A stretch of 25,500 nucleotides of DNA, taken from the IMG/VR virus record IMGVR_UViG_3300007513_000185, positions 1-25,500 of that record. One strand, written 5' to 3'. Under the pieces are notes generated by a model. That model ran no database searches. It saw only the letters and a program-made list of their open reading frames with translations, and was not told the origin of the DNA. Positions 13,631 through 23,630 of this stretch are shown here, in pieces. This DNA is from a virus. Lineage: Duplodnaviria; Caudoviricetes. A program made the translations under genes and the position numbers. Each line of letters begins with the position of its first letter. Within the stretch, counting starts at the first letter, position 1.

Positions 13631-16600
13631 GTCGCCCGTCCTCTCATCAGAGCCCGCGAGGCCCTCTCCCGCTGCTGGTCCTGGATGTACTTGATCCTCG
13701 CCATCTCCTGGGCAAGGAGCTGTCGAAGCACCTCCGGTGCCTTGCCCGACCCACGGCGTTCTGGGTGTTCCAGGGCCTTACGCAACTGGCCTCGCAAGAG
13801 CCCCTCTTGCCTCTCGGCTTGCGCCAACTTGTAGGTCATCGCCTTGTCCACGTCTGCTGTGCGCGTGCGCGGCATCGGGTTCAACGCGGATTCCCAGAAC
13901 TTCCTCCCCATGCTGGACGGGTCAACCGTGCCGGGTGTCCGGGCCGCCAGTAGTGCGGTGGCCTGCTTGTTGGATACCGGCCACAACTTGTCAACCTCGT
14001 TGCCCACGCGGACAACCCTGAGCATGTGCCGCGCCTTGCGCGACATCTCTATGCCGAACATCTCGGTCGGCTGCCCAGGGTACAACTCCAACTCCCTCTG
14101 GTTGAAAGTGCTGTAGTTGAAGATCGTCTCCACCGGCGCCTTGATGTAGGGGTGGACGTTCTCGCCAACGTAGTGGGCGGCGCCTCGCACAACCCCCGTC
14201 CCCGCACTCCCAGACTTGCTCATCTCGTCCAGCGAGTGGACGATGCGGGCGATGTCCCCCACTGGGAAGTAGCCGCCAAACATGGCGAACTCTGGGTTGC
14301 CGTTTTCATCTCGGCGGTACGGGACTCCGAACTGCGAGTTGATGAAGTCGGGTACGGCGAGCTCGCGCTCCGCCGGAGACATCCCGATCATCTTGTCCGC
14401 GCTGTCCCGCAACTTCTCCCAAGCGGTCACCGTGCCAGGGCGGGTGAAGTAGGCTTGGACCTGGGACCGAACCGCGAACTTAGACCACGCATAGAACGGG
14501 ATGACGCGGCGGAGTTTGGTGCGCTCGAAGTTGGTCAGTCCCTTGCGGGGGTCGTACGACCATGCCCGCGTCAGGTCTATGGCCTCGTCCAAGGTGTGCC
14601 CATTTTCGAGCGCCACCATCACCCCCGTGATCTTTGAGTTGTTGTCCAGCAGTTGGGCGGTCTCAAAGCCTGACTTATTGAGAGGGTTCTGCCCGGCCTT
14701 GGATTTGGCCCCTGGGAGCAGCGGAGGCATTATGCCTTGGAGGGCGGCGCGGGCCTTCGCCAGCCCCTTGCCCTGAGCCTTCGCCGCCATCAGGAGGACC
14801 TCGCCCTGCGCCTGGAAGATCTCGTCGCGGACGTATGACGAGTCGAGCAGCCCGCGGGACTGTAGTTTCTCGACCAGCCCCCCAACAGAGATGGACTGCT
14901 TCTCGCCGTTTGTCAGCGTCCACTCGATGGTGTCAGACAGGGCGTCCACATCGTCCGTCACTCCCAATCCCGCCCCGGGAGTCTCCAGCCAAGTCTCGGG
15001 ATCTACGGTGCGAGCGCGACCGGCCCCACGGAACCCCGCGCCACCAGCCATCTCGGGCCGCATTTTCCCCGCCGCCATCTGCCGGACGGCGCGAGACACC
15101 TTGGCCGCTTGCCTACCGGCGTGGGAGAACCCCGTACTGCGATTCATGCCCAACTTGCGCTGGAGAGGCAGCGTCCCTAACTCGCCCAAGCCGGTCCTCG
15201 CGAGTTGCGCTGCGCGTCCGAGGCTCGCATCCTGCTGCCACAGCAACGCCATGTTCGACATGTAGTCGCGGGCCCGCGTGTTCAAGAAGAGCGGGACGCC
15301 CTTCACAGCCGGGAGGAGCGTCCACATCTTCCACCAGGTGGTGTTCTGGTCGAGCCATTTGAAGAACGCCTTGTCCCCCCAAGCGTCGGGGCGCCGCAGG
15401 TTTTCGAATACGCCCCGGTCACCCCAGACCGACTGATAGACATCCGCGTCCATCTCTACCACCCGGGCGTCAGGCGTCCTCTCCACAAGTTTGCGGTAGT
15501 GCTCTGGGTGGTCCGCACGCAGCTCGTCGAGTGGCATCACGCCGCGCTCTGCGTGGATCTTGTTGAGAGCAGCCTCCTGGTCGAGGTCGTTGCCAGTAAA
15601 CTTCCGGGCGGTCTCTTCGTGAATGCGTTCTCTGCGCAGTTGCTTCCTTAGGTCGGCCTCCCTCTGGCGGACGCGGGCGTTACCCCACACCTCCAACTTG
15701 GCCTTGTACGCCTCCTTGCGGGCGCCGCTTATCTCCGCCCTCGCATTCGTCCGCATCTCGCGCAGTTCGCGGCGTAACTCCTTGAGGGAGGCCTCCTGTT
15801 CATTCCTTCGCCGCCGGAGGTCTCGCATGCGGTGAAGGAGTATGTCCATCTCCTCACGCATGGCAGGTTCGAGAGCGTGCTTCCAGTTGCGGATCTGTTC
15901 AAGGCGAGCCGCGCCGGAGGTCGAGATGTCTGCAAGTTCGGCGCCCTGCTCCCGGGCCGCAGCCAGCGCCATCTCCGCATCATCTGGATATCGGCCACGG
16001 ACATCCTCGATGCGGGCGCTGTGGGCGGAATCCCCCGCTACGGAGGACTCCGACACCCTCAGGTCTTCACGCCCGAGTTTCTTTGCTTCGGCTTTGGGCA
16101 CCTTGCCCGTCGCCGGGGGCAAGTCCAGAACATCCAGCAACTCGTCGAGGGCGCCAATCATCTCCGGGTCGGAGATGAGTTCGTCCCTCTTGACCAACTG
16201 CCGCAACGCATCGCGGGCATCCTTGTTCGCGAGCGCCATGTTCTGGAGCTCGGACAACTGGCGCTTCAGTTCCTTGTGGTACACGACCCCGTAAGTAAGG
16301 GACTCCTCCAGCGACTCCGCGACGGGGGCGACACGCTCCAACTGAAGAGGGATCGCATCCACCAGGGTGTCGTCGATCTGAGAGATGAGTTCGTCCACCG
16401 TCAACTTGCTGTCCGCCAACTCCCGCATTGCCGCGTCCCGGGAGGCCTGCCGGGCGATGTGCATGCGAGCGGCGTTCTGGTTGTGGGCGCCCAGCGCAGC
16501 AATCTCTCCGGGCTTTTCCAGGGCACCGCCCAACTGGCGACCCGACCCTGTGACCAAGATTCGCACTCGGCCAGGTCGCAGCGGCAGTTCGCCCTTGGCG

Positions 16601-18816
16601 GACAACTCCGTCGCCTCCCGTAGCGTGTGCTCCGACTTGATCAGGGGACTGTCTGCATGGAGGAGATGCTTGAACATCTCCCGGTTGGACATCGCGATGC
16701 CCGACTGCTCGATGCGGCGCATCCAAGCCGTGAACGGGTTGGTGTTAAAAAACTCCCAAGCCTGCTCTGCCGACTCGTCCGTCTTCGCCAACTTCTTGAG
16801 ACCACGCAGGAACTTCTTGTCGAAGATCTTGGCCTCCAGGGCCCTCGCCCCAGCTTCCATCGACTCCTGGAACTCCTTGATCGGGATGCCACCCGTGGTC
16901 GGGTTCCCCAGATGGTAGAAGAGTTGGTTGGCCTGCCACGTCGTAAGGTCGGTGATCGTCCGGCCCTGCTGGAAGAAGTGCTTTTCGATAAAGGCGCGTG
17001 ACGCCCCGCTGGCTGCCGGGATGCGATCCATGAACTGGTCGTGGAGCACCTGCTTCACCTGCGATGTCAGTTCGCGTGGGAAGTAGTTCTCTGTGAGCTG
17101 GTTGAGGATCCCCTGACCCACCTCCCTTACTCCGAGTTTCTCCATCAGCGTACGGCCATGTACTCCGAGGTTGACGAACGCCTCCATCGCCTCGTCGCCG
17201 TACTCCGCCTTGATGTCTCCGACCAACTTGCCGAACTGAGCAGCACCGGCCTCCAGCACCTCCTTCGACGGGTCGGGTATCGCCGCGCCAGGTCCGCCGC
17301 GCTCGACCATGCCGGGCGTAGCCGCGTCTGGCATCGCTTCGTACAGTTGCCGGTCCCTGCTCACCGCCCCGCGGGGGTCGGGCAATTCGATCCCCTCCCG
17401 CTTGATCAGGCCGTGCATGTCGTAGACCGCATCGTCGATCAGGCCGGACGCCGGATTGATCAGGGGGAGCCCCTTGCTATGGAGGTAGTTCGCCGCTTGA
17501 GCGTCACCCTCCCTCGCTGCCCGAAGCAAGTCCCGGTACATCGGGCTGTTCTTGTGAGAACGCTGGGCCCGACTCAGTGCCTTGAGGTGACCGACACCCT
17601 CCTGCAACACCTTGGAGATGTTGCCCATGTCGTCTATTGCTGACGGCGGCAACTCGGAGATGGTGGTGATGAACTGTTGGACGCGAGTGTCCTCGAGCGC
17701 CTGCTTGCCGTACTCCTGGCGGACCATCCAGTTCATCATTTCCATGAATGGGCGGCGCCAGGACTCGTCGAGTTCCTCGCCCGTAGCAAGCACGTCACCA
17801 ACGTAGCCTCGGATCTCCGCTGCGTCCGCAGCCGTACGCCCATCGGTCGCGCCTATGCCCGGTGCCCCGCGCCGCGAGAACCCCGTGACCAAGGGCTTAG
17901 TCAGCGGCGAGGTGTTCAAGAAGTTGCCCCACCGCTCAAGGCCCCGGGCCAGCCGAAGATCCATGGACTTCGGCGTGGGGACGATCCACCCGCGCTTGGT
18001 TAAGGGCACGCGGAACACCGCCATGTGCCGGGCGCCACGGTCTATCGCTTCTGCGAAGGGGATAGCCTTCTCCGCCGGGCCGGAGGCCAGGGGGCGAGAA
18101 ACGCCCAACTCCGCAAGCCTGCCTGAGGGGCTGGGGCCCGCCTGCTCCCAGGGGAAGACGGGGGCACCGGCATCAACGCCTCGGGGTGCCCGCCCCCTGC
18201 GCTGCGAGTCAATTAGCCACTTCTGATAGCGGGCGTTCTCGACGAGGTCGCCTGTCCGCTTGCCCACTGCCGTGAGACCCCGGCCCCCCGTCCCTACGGC
18301 CTTGAACGGCGCGCTTGCCCCAAACGAGATGTATGACGTGGGGTCGGTCAGTATCTCGCCCGCGAGGTTGATGAAGAAGTTTCCCCAGCCCTCGTCAACG
18401 TCAGTCCCCCCCCACGCCTTCCGAACGTCCGTGAACCGGACATCGTCGCCAGTAAGCGGCTGACCCGGCAGCACCATGTCGATTATCTGCATCAGGGGGT
18501 TCTTCCGAAATACATCCCAGATGCCCTCCAGCGGCTCCTTGTCCACGGCGGCTAACGTCGCCTTGAGCATCTGCCCGAAGAGGATCTCGTCGGGAACCTC
18601 AAGGAGTTCCTGCCACCAGGGCTTGTCCTCCTCCATCTCCTGCATCTGACGCGAGACTTCCGCCGCGCCCGGCAGGTACGGAGCAAGCTGTGACGCTTGT
18701 TGCCCGCCGCCGCCGAGCCTCGGTAACTGCGCGAGGCCCGGCAACCCGGGGAGAGAGGATGCCCCCGAGTACACGGTTGATGGGCGAAGGAGCCCTCCTG
18801 GTCCGAGTGGCGGCAC
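13627..18816 (-). CDS. Giant internal virion / DNA ejection protein (1729 aa)
   Basis: Last and largest gene of the ejection cluster; N-terminal GEILTDPTSYISFG, central coiled coil, C-terminal LTNFERTKLRRVIPFYAW…VHPYIKAPVETIFN typical of large podophage internal proteins. Confidence 0.85.
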   Translation of the reverse strand: MPPLGPGGLLRPSTVYSGASSLPGLPGLAQLPRLGGGGQQASQLAPYLPGAAEVSRQMQEMEEDKPWWQELLEVPDEILFGQMLKATLAAVDKEPLEGIWDVFRKNPLMQIIDMVLPGQPLTGDDVRFTDVRKAWGGTDVDEGWGNFFINLAGEILTDPTSYISFGASAPFKAVGTGGRGLTAVGKRTGDLVENARYQKWLIDSQRRGRAPRGVDAGAPVFPWEQAGPSPSGRLAELGVSRPLASGPAEKAIPFAEAIDRGARHMAVFRVPLTKRGWIVPTPKSMDLRLARGLERWGNFLNTSPLTKPLVTGFSRRGAPGIGATDGRTAADAAEIRGYVGDVLATGEELDESWRRPFMEMMNWMVRQEYGKQALEDTRVQQFITTISELPPSAIDDMGNISKVLQEGVGHLKALSRAQRSHKNSPMYRDLLRAAREGDAQAANYLHSKGLPLINPASGLIDDAVYDMHGLIKREGIELPDPRGAVSRDRQLYEAMPDAATPGMVERGGPGAAIPDPSKEVLEAGAAQFGKLVGDIKAEYGDEAMEAFVNLGVHGRTLMEKLGVREVGQGILNQLTENYFPRELTSQVKQVLHDQFMDRIPAASGASRAFIEKHFFQQGRTITDLTTWQANQLFYHLGNPTTGGIPIKEFQESMEAGARALEAKIFDKKFLRGLKKLAKTDESAEQAWEFFNTNPFTAWMRRIEQSGIAMSNREMFKHLLHADSPLIKSEHTLREATELSAKGELPLRPGRVRILVTGSGRQLGGALEKPGEIAALGAHNQNAARMHIARQASRDAAMRELADSKLTVDELISQIDDTLVDAIPLQLERVAPVAESLEESLTYGVVYHKELKRQLSELQNMALANKDARDALRQLVKRDELISDPEMIGALDELLDVLDLPPATGKVPKAEAKKLGREDLRVSESSVAGDSAHSARIEDVRGRYPDDAEMALAAAREQGAELADISTSGAARLEQIRNWKHALEPAMREEMDILLHRMRDLRRRRNEQEASLKELRRELREMRTNARAEISGARKEAYKAKLEVWGNARVRQREADLRKQLRRERIHEETARKFTGNDLDQEAALNKIHAERGVMPLDELRADHPEHYRKLVERTPDARVVEMDADVYQSVWGDRGVFENLRRPDAWGDKAFFKWLDQNTTWWKMWTLLPAVKGVPLFLNTRARDYMSNMALLWQQDASLGRAAQLARTGLGELGTLPLQRKLGMNRSTGFSHAGRQAAKVSRAVRQMAAGKMRPEMAGGAGFRGAGRARTVDPETWLETPGAGLGVTDDVDALSDTIEWTLTNGEKQSISVGGLVEKLQSRGLLDSSYVRDEIFQAQGEVLLMAAKAQGKGLAKARAALQGIMPPLLPGAKSKAGQNPLNKSGFETAQLLDNNSKITGVMVALENGHTLDEAIDLTRAWSYDPRKGLTNFERTKLRRVIPFYAWSKFAVRSQVQAYFTRPGTVTAWEKLRDSADKMIGMSPAERELAVPDFINSQFGVPYRRDENGNPEFAMFGGYFPVGDIARIVHSLDEMSKSGSAGTGVVRGAAHYVGENVHPYIKAPVETIFNYSTFNQRELELYPGQPTEMFGIEMSRKARHMLRVVRVGNEVDKLWPVSNKQATALLAARTPGTVDPSSMGRKFWESALNPMPRTRTADVDKAMTYKLAQAERQEGLLRGQLRKALEHPERRGSGKAPEVLRQLLAQEMARIKYIQDQQRERASRALMRGRAT

Positions 18817-18817
18817 G

Positions 18818-19729
18818 TTACACCCCTGGTGTTGTCGCGTACTGGGACAACGCGGTTATAGCGGCGTTAACCAGCGGGTCATTCACGGCGAGTTGGTAGT
18901 TGGGCGCTGGGTCCCACCATCCGGGTGCCCCAGAACTGCCGAGTGTTGCGAACGGCGAACTGAACAGCGTCTGCACAGGGGCGAGGGCCTGTAGCGACGG
19001 AGCCAAACTATTGAGGACCGTCTGCATCGCCTGCTCCCAAGTACTCCATGGCTGCGACCCGGGGTTCGGGTGCTCGCCGGAGGCGCCGTAGAGCCATGGG
19101 TTGAAACCGACGCCTGTGCCGCCCCAACCATAGTTCGTACCATACTCTGGCGCCCCCGCCCCCCCCCATTTCCCACTCCCGAAGCCCAAGTTTCCACCTG
19201 ACCAGTATCCGGTGCCGAGCCAATTGCCCGGGTGCCCACCCGTGTATTCCCCAGCCAGAGGGAGCAGCGGCTGACCGCCACCCGTGTACGCGCCCGGCGG
19301 GGCGGAGACCATCCCCTCCACCCCGAAGGTGTTGAACAATGGGTTCATCCCCGTCTGCTGGAGCCCACCGAGGATCCCGATAAGAGCGAGCGCCTGGTTG
19401 ATCGCATTCGGTGAAGGGGCTGCCGGGGCCGGTGGCGGCGGCGGTGGCGGTGGTTCGGGCTGGAACGGGGCCTGCGGAGCAGCGACCTGAATCGGACGAT
19501 TGAAGATGTCCGGCAACGGCTGCACTTCCGGCGTGGGCGTCGGCGGAGTCATCATCGCGGGGCCGAGCTGTGCCGTCCCCTGCTCCGGCGAAGGAGTCTG
19601 AGCCTGCCTGCCACCACCAGTGGGCGACGGGGCCTGCTGCCCACCAAGAGACGGGAAGAGAGGCAGAGAACCCGGCTGTGCGCTCTGCTGCATGTACGCG
19701 CCGGTTATCAGATCGAGTGGGTCTGGCAT
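18818..19729 (-). CDS. Pro/Gly/Gln-rich low-complexity putative virion protein
   Basis: GGAGGT RBS; 1-3 nt gaps to neighbours; poly-Pro tract and Gly-aromatic tract. Confidence 0.75.
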   Translation of the reverse strand: MPDPLDLITGAYMQQSAQPGSLPLFPSLGGQQAPSPTGGGRQAQTPSPEQGTAQLGPAMMTPPTPTPEVQPLPDIFNRPIQVAAPQAPFQPEPPPPPPPPAPAAPSPNAINQALALIGILGGLQQTGMNPLFNTFGVEGMVSAPPGAYTGGGQPLLPLAGEYTGGHPGNWLGTGYWSGGNLGFGSGKWGGAGAPEYGTNYGWGGTGVGFNPWLYGASGEHPNPGSQPWSTWEQAMQTVLNSLAPSLQALAPVQTLFSSPFATLGSSGAPGWWDPAPNYQLAVNDPLVNAAITALSQYATTPGV

Positions 19730-19732
19730 GGG

Positions 19733-21364
19733 TCACCTCCCGGTGCGGACGAGCAACGGATCCTTGAATATGTTCACGAAAGAGAACTGGAGACCGAATC
19801 CCTCGATGTCGTCGAACTCTGCCCCGTAGGCAGCCTCGAAGTCCCCTTGGAAGATCTTCTCCTTGTTGGGGAACTTGTCAGCACCGACACTGATCAACAA
19901 TCTCAGTGCATCCTCGGCAGTGAGTTTCCTCATCCCCGCCGCGCTTCCCGGTGGAGTGCGCTGCGTGTGGATGCGGGCGAGAGCCGCGATCTGGTCGGGT
20001 TGCGCCAGGACATCTAGGAACTCCTCTGTATCGACATCCTCATGCCACTTCCAAGTGTTGCCGTTCGCGTCCTGATACCGGACGTTCCGTATCAGCGCCT
20101 TGGGCATTTTGCCGACGGCCCGCTCAACCTCATTGATCGCGGCCAGGGCAGCGGACTGATCCGGTTGCGATTGGGCGATAGCGTCCGCAATCTTCTGCTC
20201 CCTCGCCTTCTTCGCCTCAAGCAACACCCGAGTCGCGATCTGAGACGGGGCACCCATGGCCGCCCGGTCATCTCTCAACTCCTGAGAGATCTCGCTAACT
20301 CTGAGGAGATGTCGTTCGCGGTCAGCCAAGGCCATGTCGGGCCGGGCCATCAGTAGGTGCGAGATCTTGTCCATCTCTCCAGTAAGTCGGGAATGGTTTT
20401 TAAGGAACGTCTCGACCTCAGTCCTGCCCTGCGTCATGGCGCGTTCAACGATAGCCATCGTGGCCGCACCGTCCCCGGCGTAACCTTCGTAGACTCTCTG
20501 GATCTGGTCGGCAAGCCTGGCGACCTCTGGAGTAATTGCCCCATGCTCTTGGTGGTACTGAGCCGCCAGGGTTTCAGCCAGTCTCTTCCCAATGTCCTCG
20601 CCCCCTTGGGCCCGCAGCATCCCTCCGGCCAGCACGTTCTGGAGCAGGTTCTGCATTTCCTTGAACCCAGTTTTGACTTCCTGCCCCTCCGCCCTGGCGC
20701 GGGCCCTGTACTCTTCGATTGCGACCTGGATGCCCTCGCTCGCCTGATCGCGCAACCTTTCCGCACGGCGTTCCGCGTGAGTGGGCTCACCTCTTATCTG
20801 CTCTAACTGCGCCAACGCCAAATCAGCTCTGGCACCGGCCTCCTTCGTTTCGGCTGCGGCGCGATCACCCGCCACCTCCGCGTCCGCTCTCTTGTCCATG
20901 GCTTGGGCTTTCAAGAGATCGGTTTGTGCCTCACGCCCTTCCTTGCCCGACTCGTGGACCTCCCTTTCGAGGCCGAGCTTTCTTTCCCCCAAAGCCTGCC
21001 GCCCTTCCTGAGTGTGGACGGCGAAAGCGTGCTGTCGCTCCTCCCTCTCCTCCTTTGCGGATTGCGCTCGCGTGTCAAGCGCGAGTTGGTCGCGGGACAG
21101 ACCCTCTTTCACTATGTTCGACCTCCGGGTCTCGCCCGCCTGTTCCGCTTGGATGTCAGCCGACCGAGTGCGATAGTCGGCCAGGGCAAGCGCACTCTTC
21201 TCTTGCGAGGCCAACTGGCGCTCCGATAGAGCATGCTGACGGTCGGCCTGCTCGCGCTGGAAGTCCGCCTGCTCGCGCCAACGCCTCTGATCCTGCGCCC
21301 GTTGCATCGCAGGCCCAATGCCCTGCCCGACGCCCTGTGCTAAACCAGCTCCAAACTCGCTCAT
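19733..21364 (-). CDS. Coiled-coil ejection / DNA transfer protein
   Basis: MSEFGAGLAQGVGQGIG start followed by long A/E/Q/R-rich helices; position in the ejection cluster. Confidence 0.8.
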   Translation of the reverse strand: MSEFGAGLAQGVGQGIGPAMQRAQDQRRWREQADFQREQADRQHALSERQLASQEKSALALADYRTRSADIQAEQAGETRRSNIVKEGLSRDQLALDTRAQSAKEEREERQHAFAVHTQEGRQALGERKLGLEREVHESGKEGREAQTDLLKAQAMDKRADAEVAGDRAAAETKEAGARADLALAQLEQIRGEPTHAERRAERLRDQASEGIQVAIEEYRARARAEGQEVKTGFKEMQNLLQNVLAGGMLRAQGGEDIGKRLAETLAAQYHQEHGAITPEVARLADQIQRVYEGYAGDGAATMAIVERAMTQGRTEVETFLKNHSRLTGEMDKISHLLMARPDMALADRERHLLRVSEISQELRDDRAAMGAPSQIATRVLLEAKKAREQKIADAIAQSQPDQSAALAAINEVERAVGKMPKALIRNVRYQDANGNTWKWHEDVDTEEFLDVLAQPDQIAALARIHTQRTPPGSAAGMRKLTAEDALRLLISVGADKFPNKEKIFQGDFEAAYGAEFDDIEGFGLQFSFVNIFKDPLLVRTGR

Positions 21365-21368
21365 GCTC

Positions 21369-21968
21369 TTAACCCCCTGGCGTCGGTGCGCCCCAGTTCT
21401 GCGCCCACCCGCCGAGCGCCGACGAGGCGAGGTTCCCGATGCCCTGCCCGATCATCGCCGCCGGACCCGGCTGACCGGCCAACTGCGTCAACGTGCTGGC
21501 CGACCCAAGTTGTGCGTTGGAGATGTCGCGGTCCCACGCATAACGCTGTTGCAAGAGGTTGCTCCCGGTGCTCATCGCGTTCAGGATGTCCGGCCACATC
21601 TGAGCGAGCTGCTGCATCTGGATCCGTGCGCGAAGGCCAGCCAAGTCGGCCCCGAGTTGCCCCTGGACATCACTGATTGCGTCCACGGTCGCGCCGCCTC
21701 GGGCAAGACCCATACCTGAGAGGCGACCGAGGGCGTCTTGCGTCCGCGCCTGCGCCCCCATGATCGGGGCCGCGCTCAACCCGGCGATGATCGGCTGCAA
21801 GTTCTCGTCCGACAAACTGAACGGATCGGCCAAGTAGGGTGCGATCAACTCGTTCAGCGCCAGCCACGTCGGGTCCTCAAGGAACGCCGCCTGGCCTGCT
21901 GCCAGCGTCTTGGGAGCTTTGAGCGCCTGTTTGGATGCCCGTTTCTGTGCGCTACTCTGTGAGCTCAT
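21369..21968 (-). CDS. Small ejection protein (P22 gp7-like position)
   Basis: A/G/Q/L-rich; LSGMGLARGG; Gly-rich hydrophobic C-terminus; directly after the GNAT gene. Confidence 0.75.
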   Translation of the reverse strand: MSSQSSAQKRASKQALKAPKTLAAGQAAFLEDPTWLALNELIAPYLADPFSLSDENLQPIIAGLSAAPIMGAQARTQDALGRLSGMGLARGGATVDAISDVQGQLGADLAGLRARIQMQQLAQMWPDILNAMSTGSNLLQQRYAWDRDISNAQLGSASTLTQLAGQPGPAAMIGQGIGNLASSALGGWAQNWGAPTPGG

Positions 21969-22443
21969 AGTTCAGTTCTCTCTCGTACACGGTTGCGACT
22001 GGCCGAAACCCCACCCGCTCGAACACCTCCGCAGCGTCGATGTTCTCCGCGCACACAAGGGCCTGCACCGCGCTTACTCGAGCGCCCTTAATCGTTCGCG
22101 CCGCCGCCTTGTACAGTGCCATGCTCGCCTCTGGACGATACTCAGGGAGGACAAAGAACCCCTGGTCGCGAACCGTGAGTCCACTCCCACGCCCGAGAAA
22201 CGACCCAACCGCCAACTGCAAATAGCCAACCGGGGTAGCTTCGTCGTAAGCCACCCACGTCGATGTGTCGTGGTCGGCAAGCCTCGACATTGCTTCGACC
22301 GTCGCCCGGTACGCCGCAAGCGCATCAAACCCCCTGCGGCAGGTTGAGGATAGCGTCAGCTCATGCTCCGCAAGGCGCCGCCTTAGGGCCTCAACGTCCG
22401 GGTATTGTCGCCAATCGACCGCTCTGACCGTCAATCCACTCAC
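21952..22443 (-). CDS. GNAT-family acetyltransferase
   Basis: WVAYDEATPVGYL, FFVLPEYR, ENIDAAEVFERVGFRPV; GTGA overlap with the upstream gene. Confidence 0.85.
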   Translation of the reverse strand: MSGLTVRAVDWRQYPDVEALRRRLAEHELTLSSTCRRGFDALAAYRATVEAMSRLADHDTSTWVAYDEATPVGYLQLAVGSFLGRGSGLTVRDQGFFVLPEYRPEASMALYKAAARTIKGARVSAVQALVCAENIDAAEVFERVGFRPVATVYERELNYELTE

Positions 22444-23630
22444 AAGCTCCGTGTCCCCTCGAATAGGACCCCAACGAACTGGCAGGTTCCCGTGTAGTCA
22501 TCATCTGCGTTAGTCGGGTCCCTGTAGGCGACCCCTTTGACGTAGTCCCCGGCAGCCAGGGTCGAGGCCGCGAACAGAGTGCCGACGCTGTGGACGACGA
22601 GGTCGCCGCTGCTGTAACCGCCGTCGTCCAACTCTTTGACCGCCGCGACGCTGGCGAGGCTACCGCCGGAAATAGTCACCTCGTTATCGGCCACCGCCCT
22701 GGCGTCGATGCCGCAATAGGACGCATGTCGCGAGCCGGGGTTGCCCGACAGCCGGTAGTACAACTTCGCAGTGACCACCGCCGAGGTCTTCAAGTCGCCG
22801 GGGACCGTCCACGAAAACGCGAACCCCTCCTTGTTGGTCGCCCCCCAGTTAGCCGCCACGCTGTGCCCGTCGTAGTCTGACGATGAGACAATGCCGACGC
22901 CAGAGTTGGACAAGGTCCCCGTACCCCCGTCCTGCACCTGGGTCCCGTGGAGCGGCACCCAAAGCGACCACGCGACCCCCCCTAATTTCCCGTACAGCTC
23001 CTGCAACGCGGCCTCAACGGTGGTGTTGCTGGTGTAGGTCCCCGCGTCCTGGATGCCGATCATTGAGGCGCCCTTGCCGCTGGCAGTGCTCTCCAGTTGC
23101 GTCCTGGGGACAGCGTGGGCCTGACCAGAGCTCGCCTCCGCAACGCTGACGATCTGGTTGTTGTCTGCGCTTAAGCCTCTGATGGTCAGGTAGCCAGCTT
23201 GCGAGACGGAGGCCATGACGCCGCCATCGCTCGCCTGCCACTCGGTCAAGTTGGTGCTCTGTGACGCATGGTTCTTCAGGACCAGCGCCACCGCCGCCGC
23301 AGCGCCCGGCTGAATCACATTCCGGTCTGTCGTGGCCGGAGCGTCAAACACCATGTCGGAATGGGCGTCTCCTGTGAGCCCCGACAAACTTGCGTGCGCC
23401 AGGGCACTCTCGACAACGGTCACGCCGGAGTCGGAGCACGACAATTTCGACCCGTCTATCTTGACCTGCAACTTGTTGTCGTCGTCAAGGCTGATGCCGC
23501 ACCCGGGCTCCGCGAGTTTCGCGAAGTACAGGATCAGAGTCTCACGCAGCAACTCGAGCCATTGCGTGGTTTGCTCTGCGCCGTCACTCGCCGGAGGTGG
23601 CGGGTTGAGAAGCGAGAACTCCATGCTCAT
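22440..23630 (-). CDS. Tail fibre / needle-like structural protein
   Basis: S/T/G/A-rich; GKGASMIGIQDAG…TVEAALQEL trimer-type motif; beta-rich C-terminal domain; ATGA coupling. Confidence 0.7.
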   Translation of the reverse strand: MSMEFSLLNPPPPASDGAEQTTQWLELLRETLILYFAKLAEPGCGISLDDDNKLQVKIDGSKLSCSDSGVTVVESALAHASLSGLTGDAHSDMVFDAPATTDRNVIQPGAAAAVALVLKNHASQSTNLTEWQASDGGVMASVSQAGYLTIRGLSADNNQIVSVAEASSGQAHAVPRTQLESTASGKGASMIGIQDAGTYTSNTTVEAALQELYGKLGGVAWSLWVPLHGTQVQDGGTGTLSNSGVGIVSSSDYDGHSVAANWGATNKEGFAFSWTVPGDLKTSAVVTAKLYYRLSGNPGSRHASYCGIDARAVADNEVTISGGSLASVAAVKELDDGGYSSGDLVVHSVGTLFAASTLAAGDYVKGVAYRDPTNADDDYTGTCQFVGVLFEGTRSL

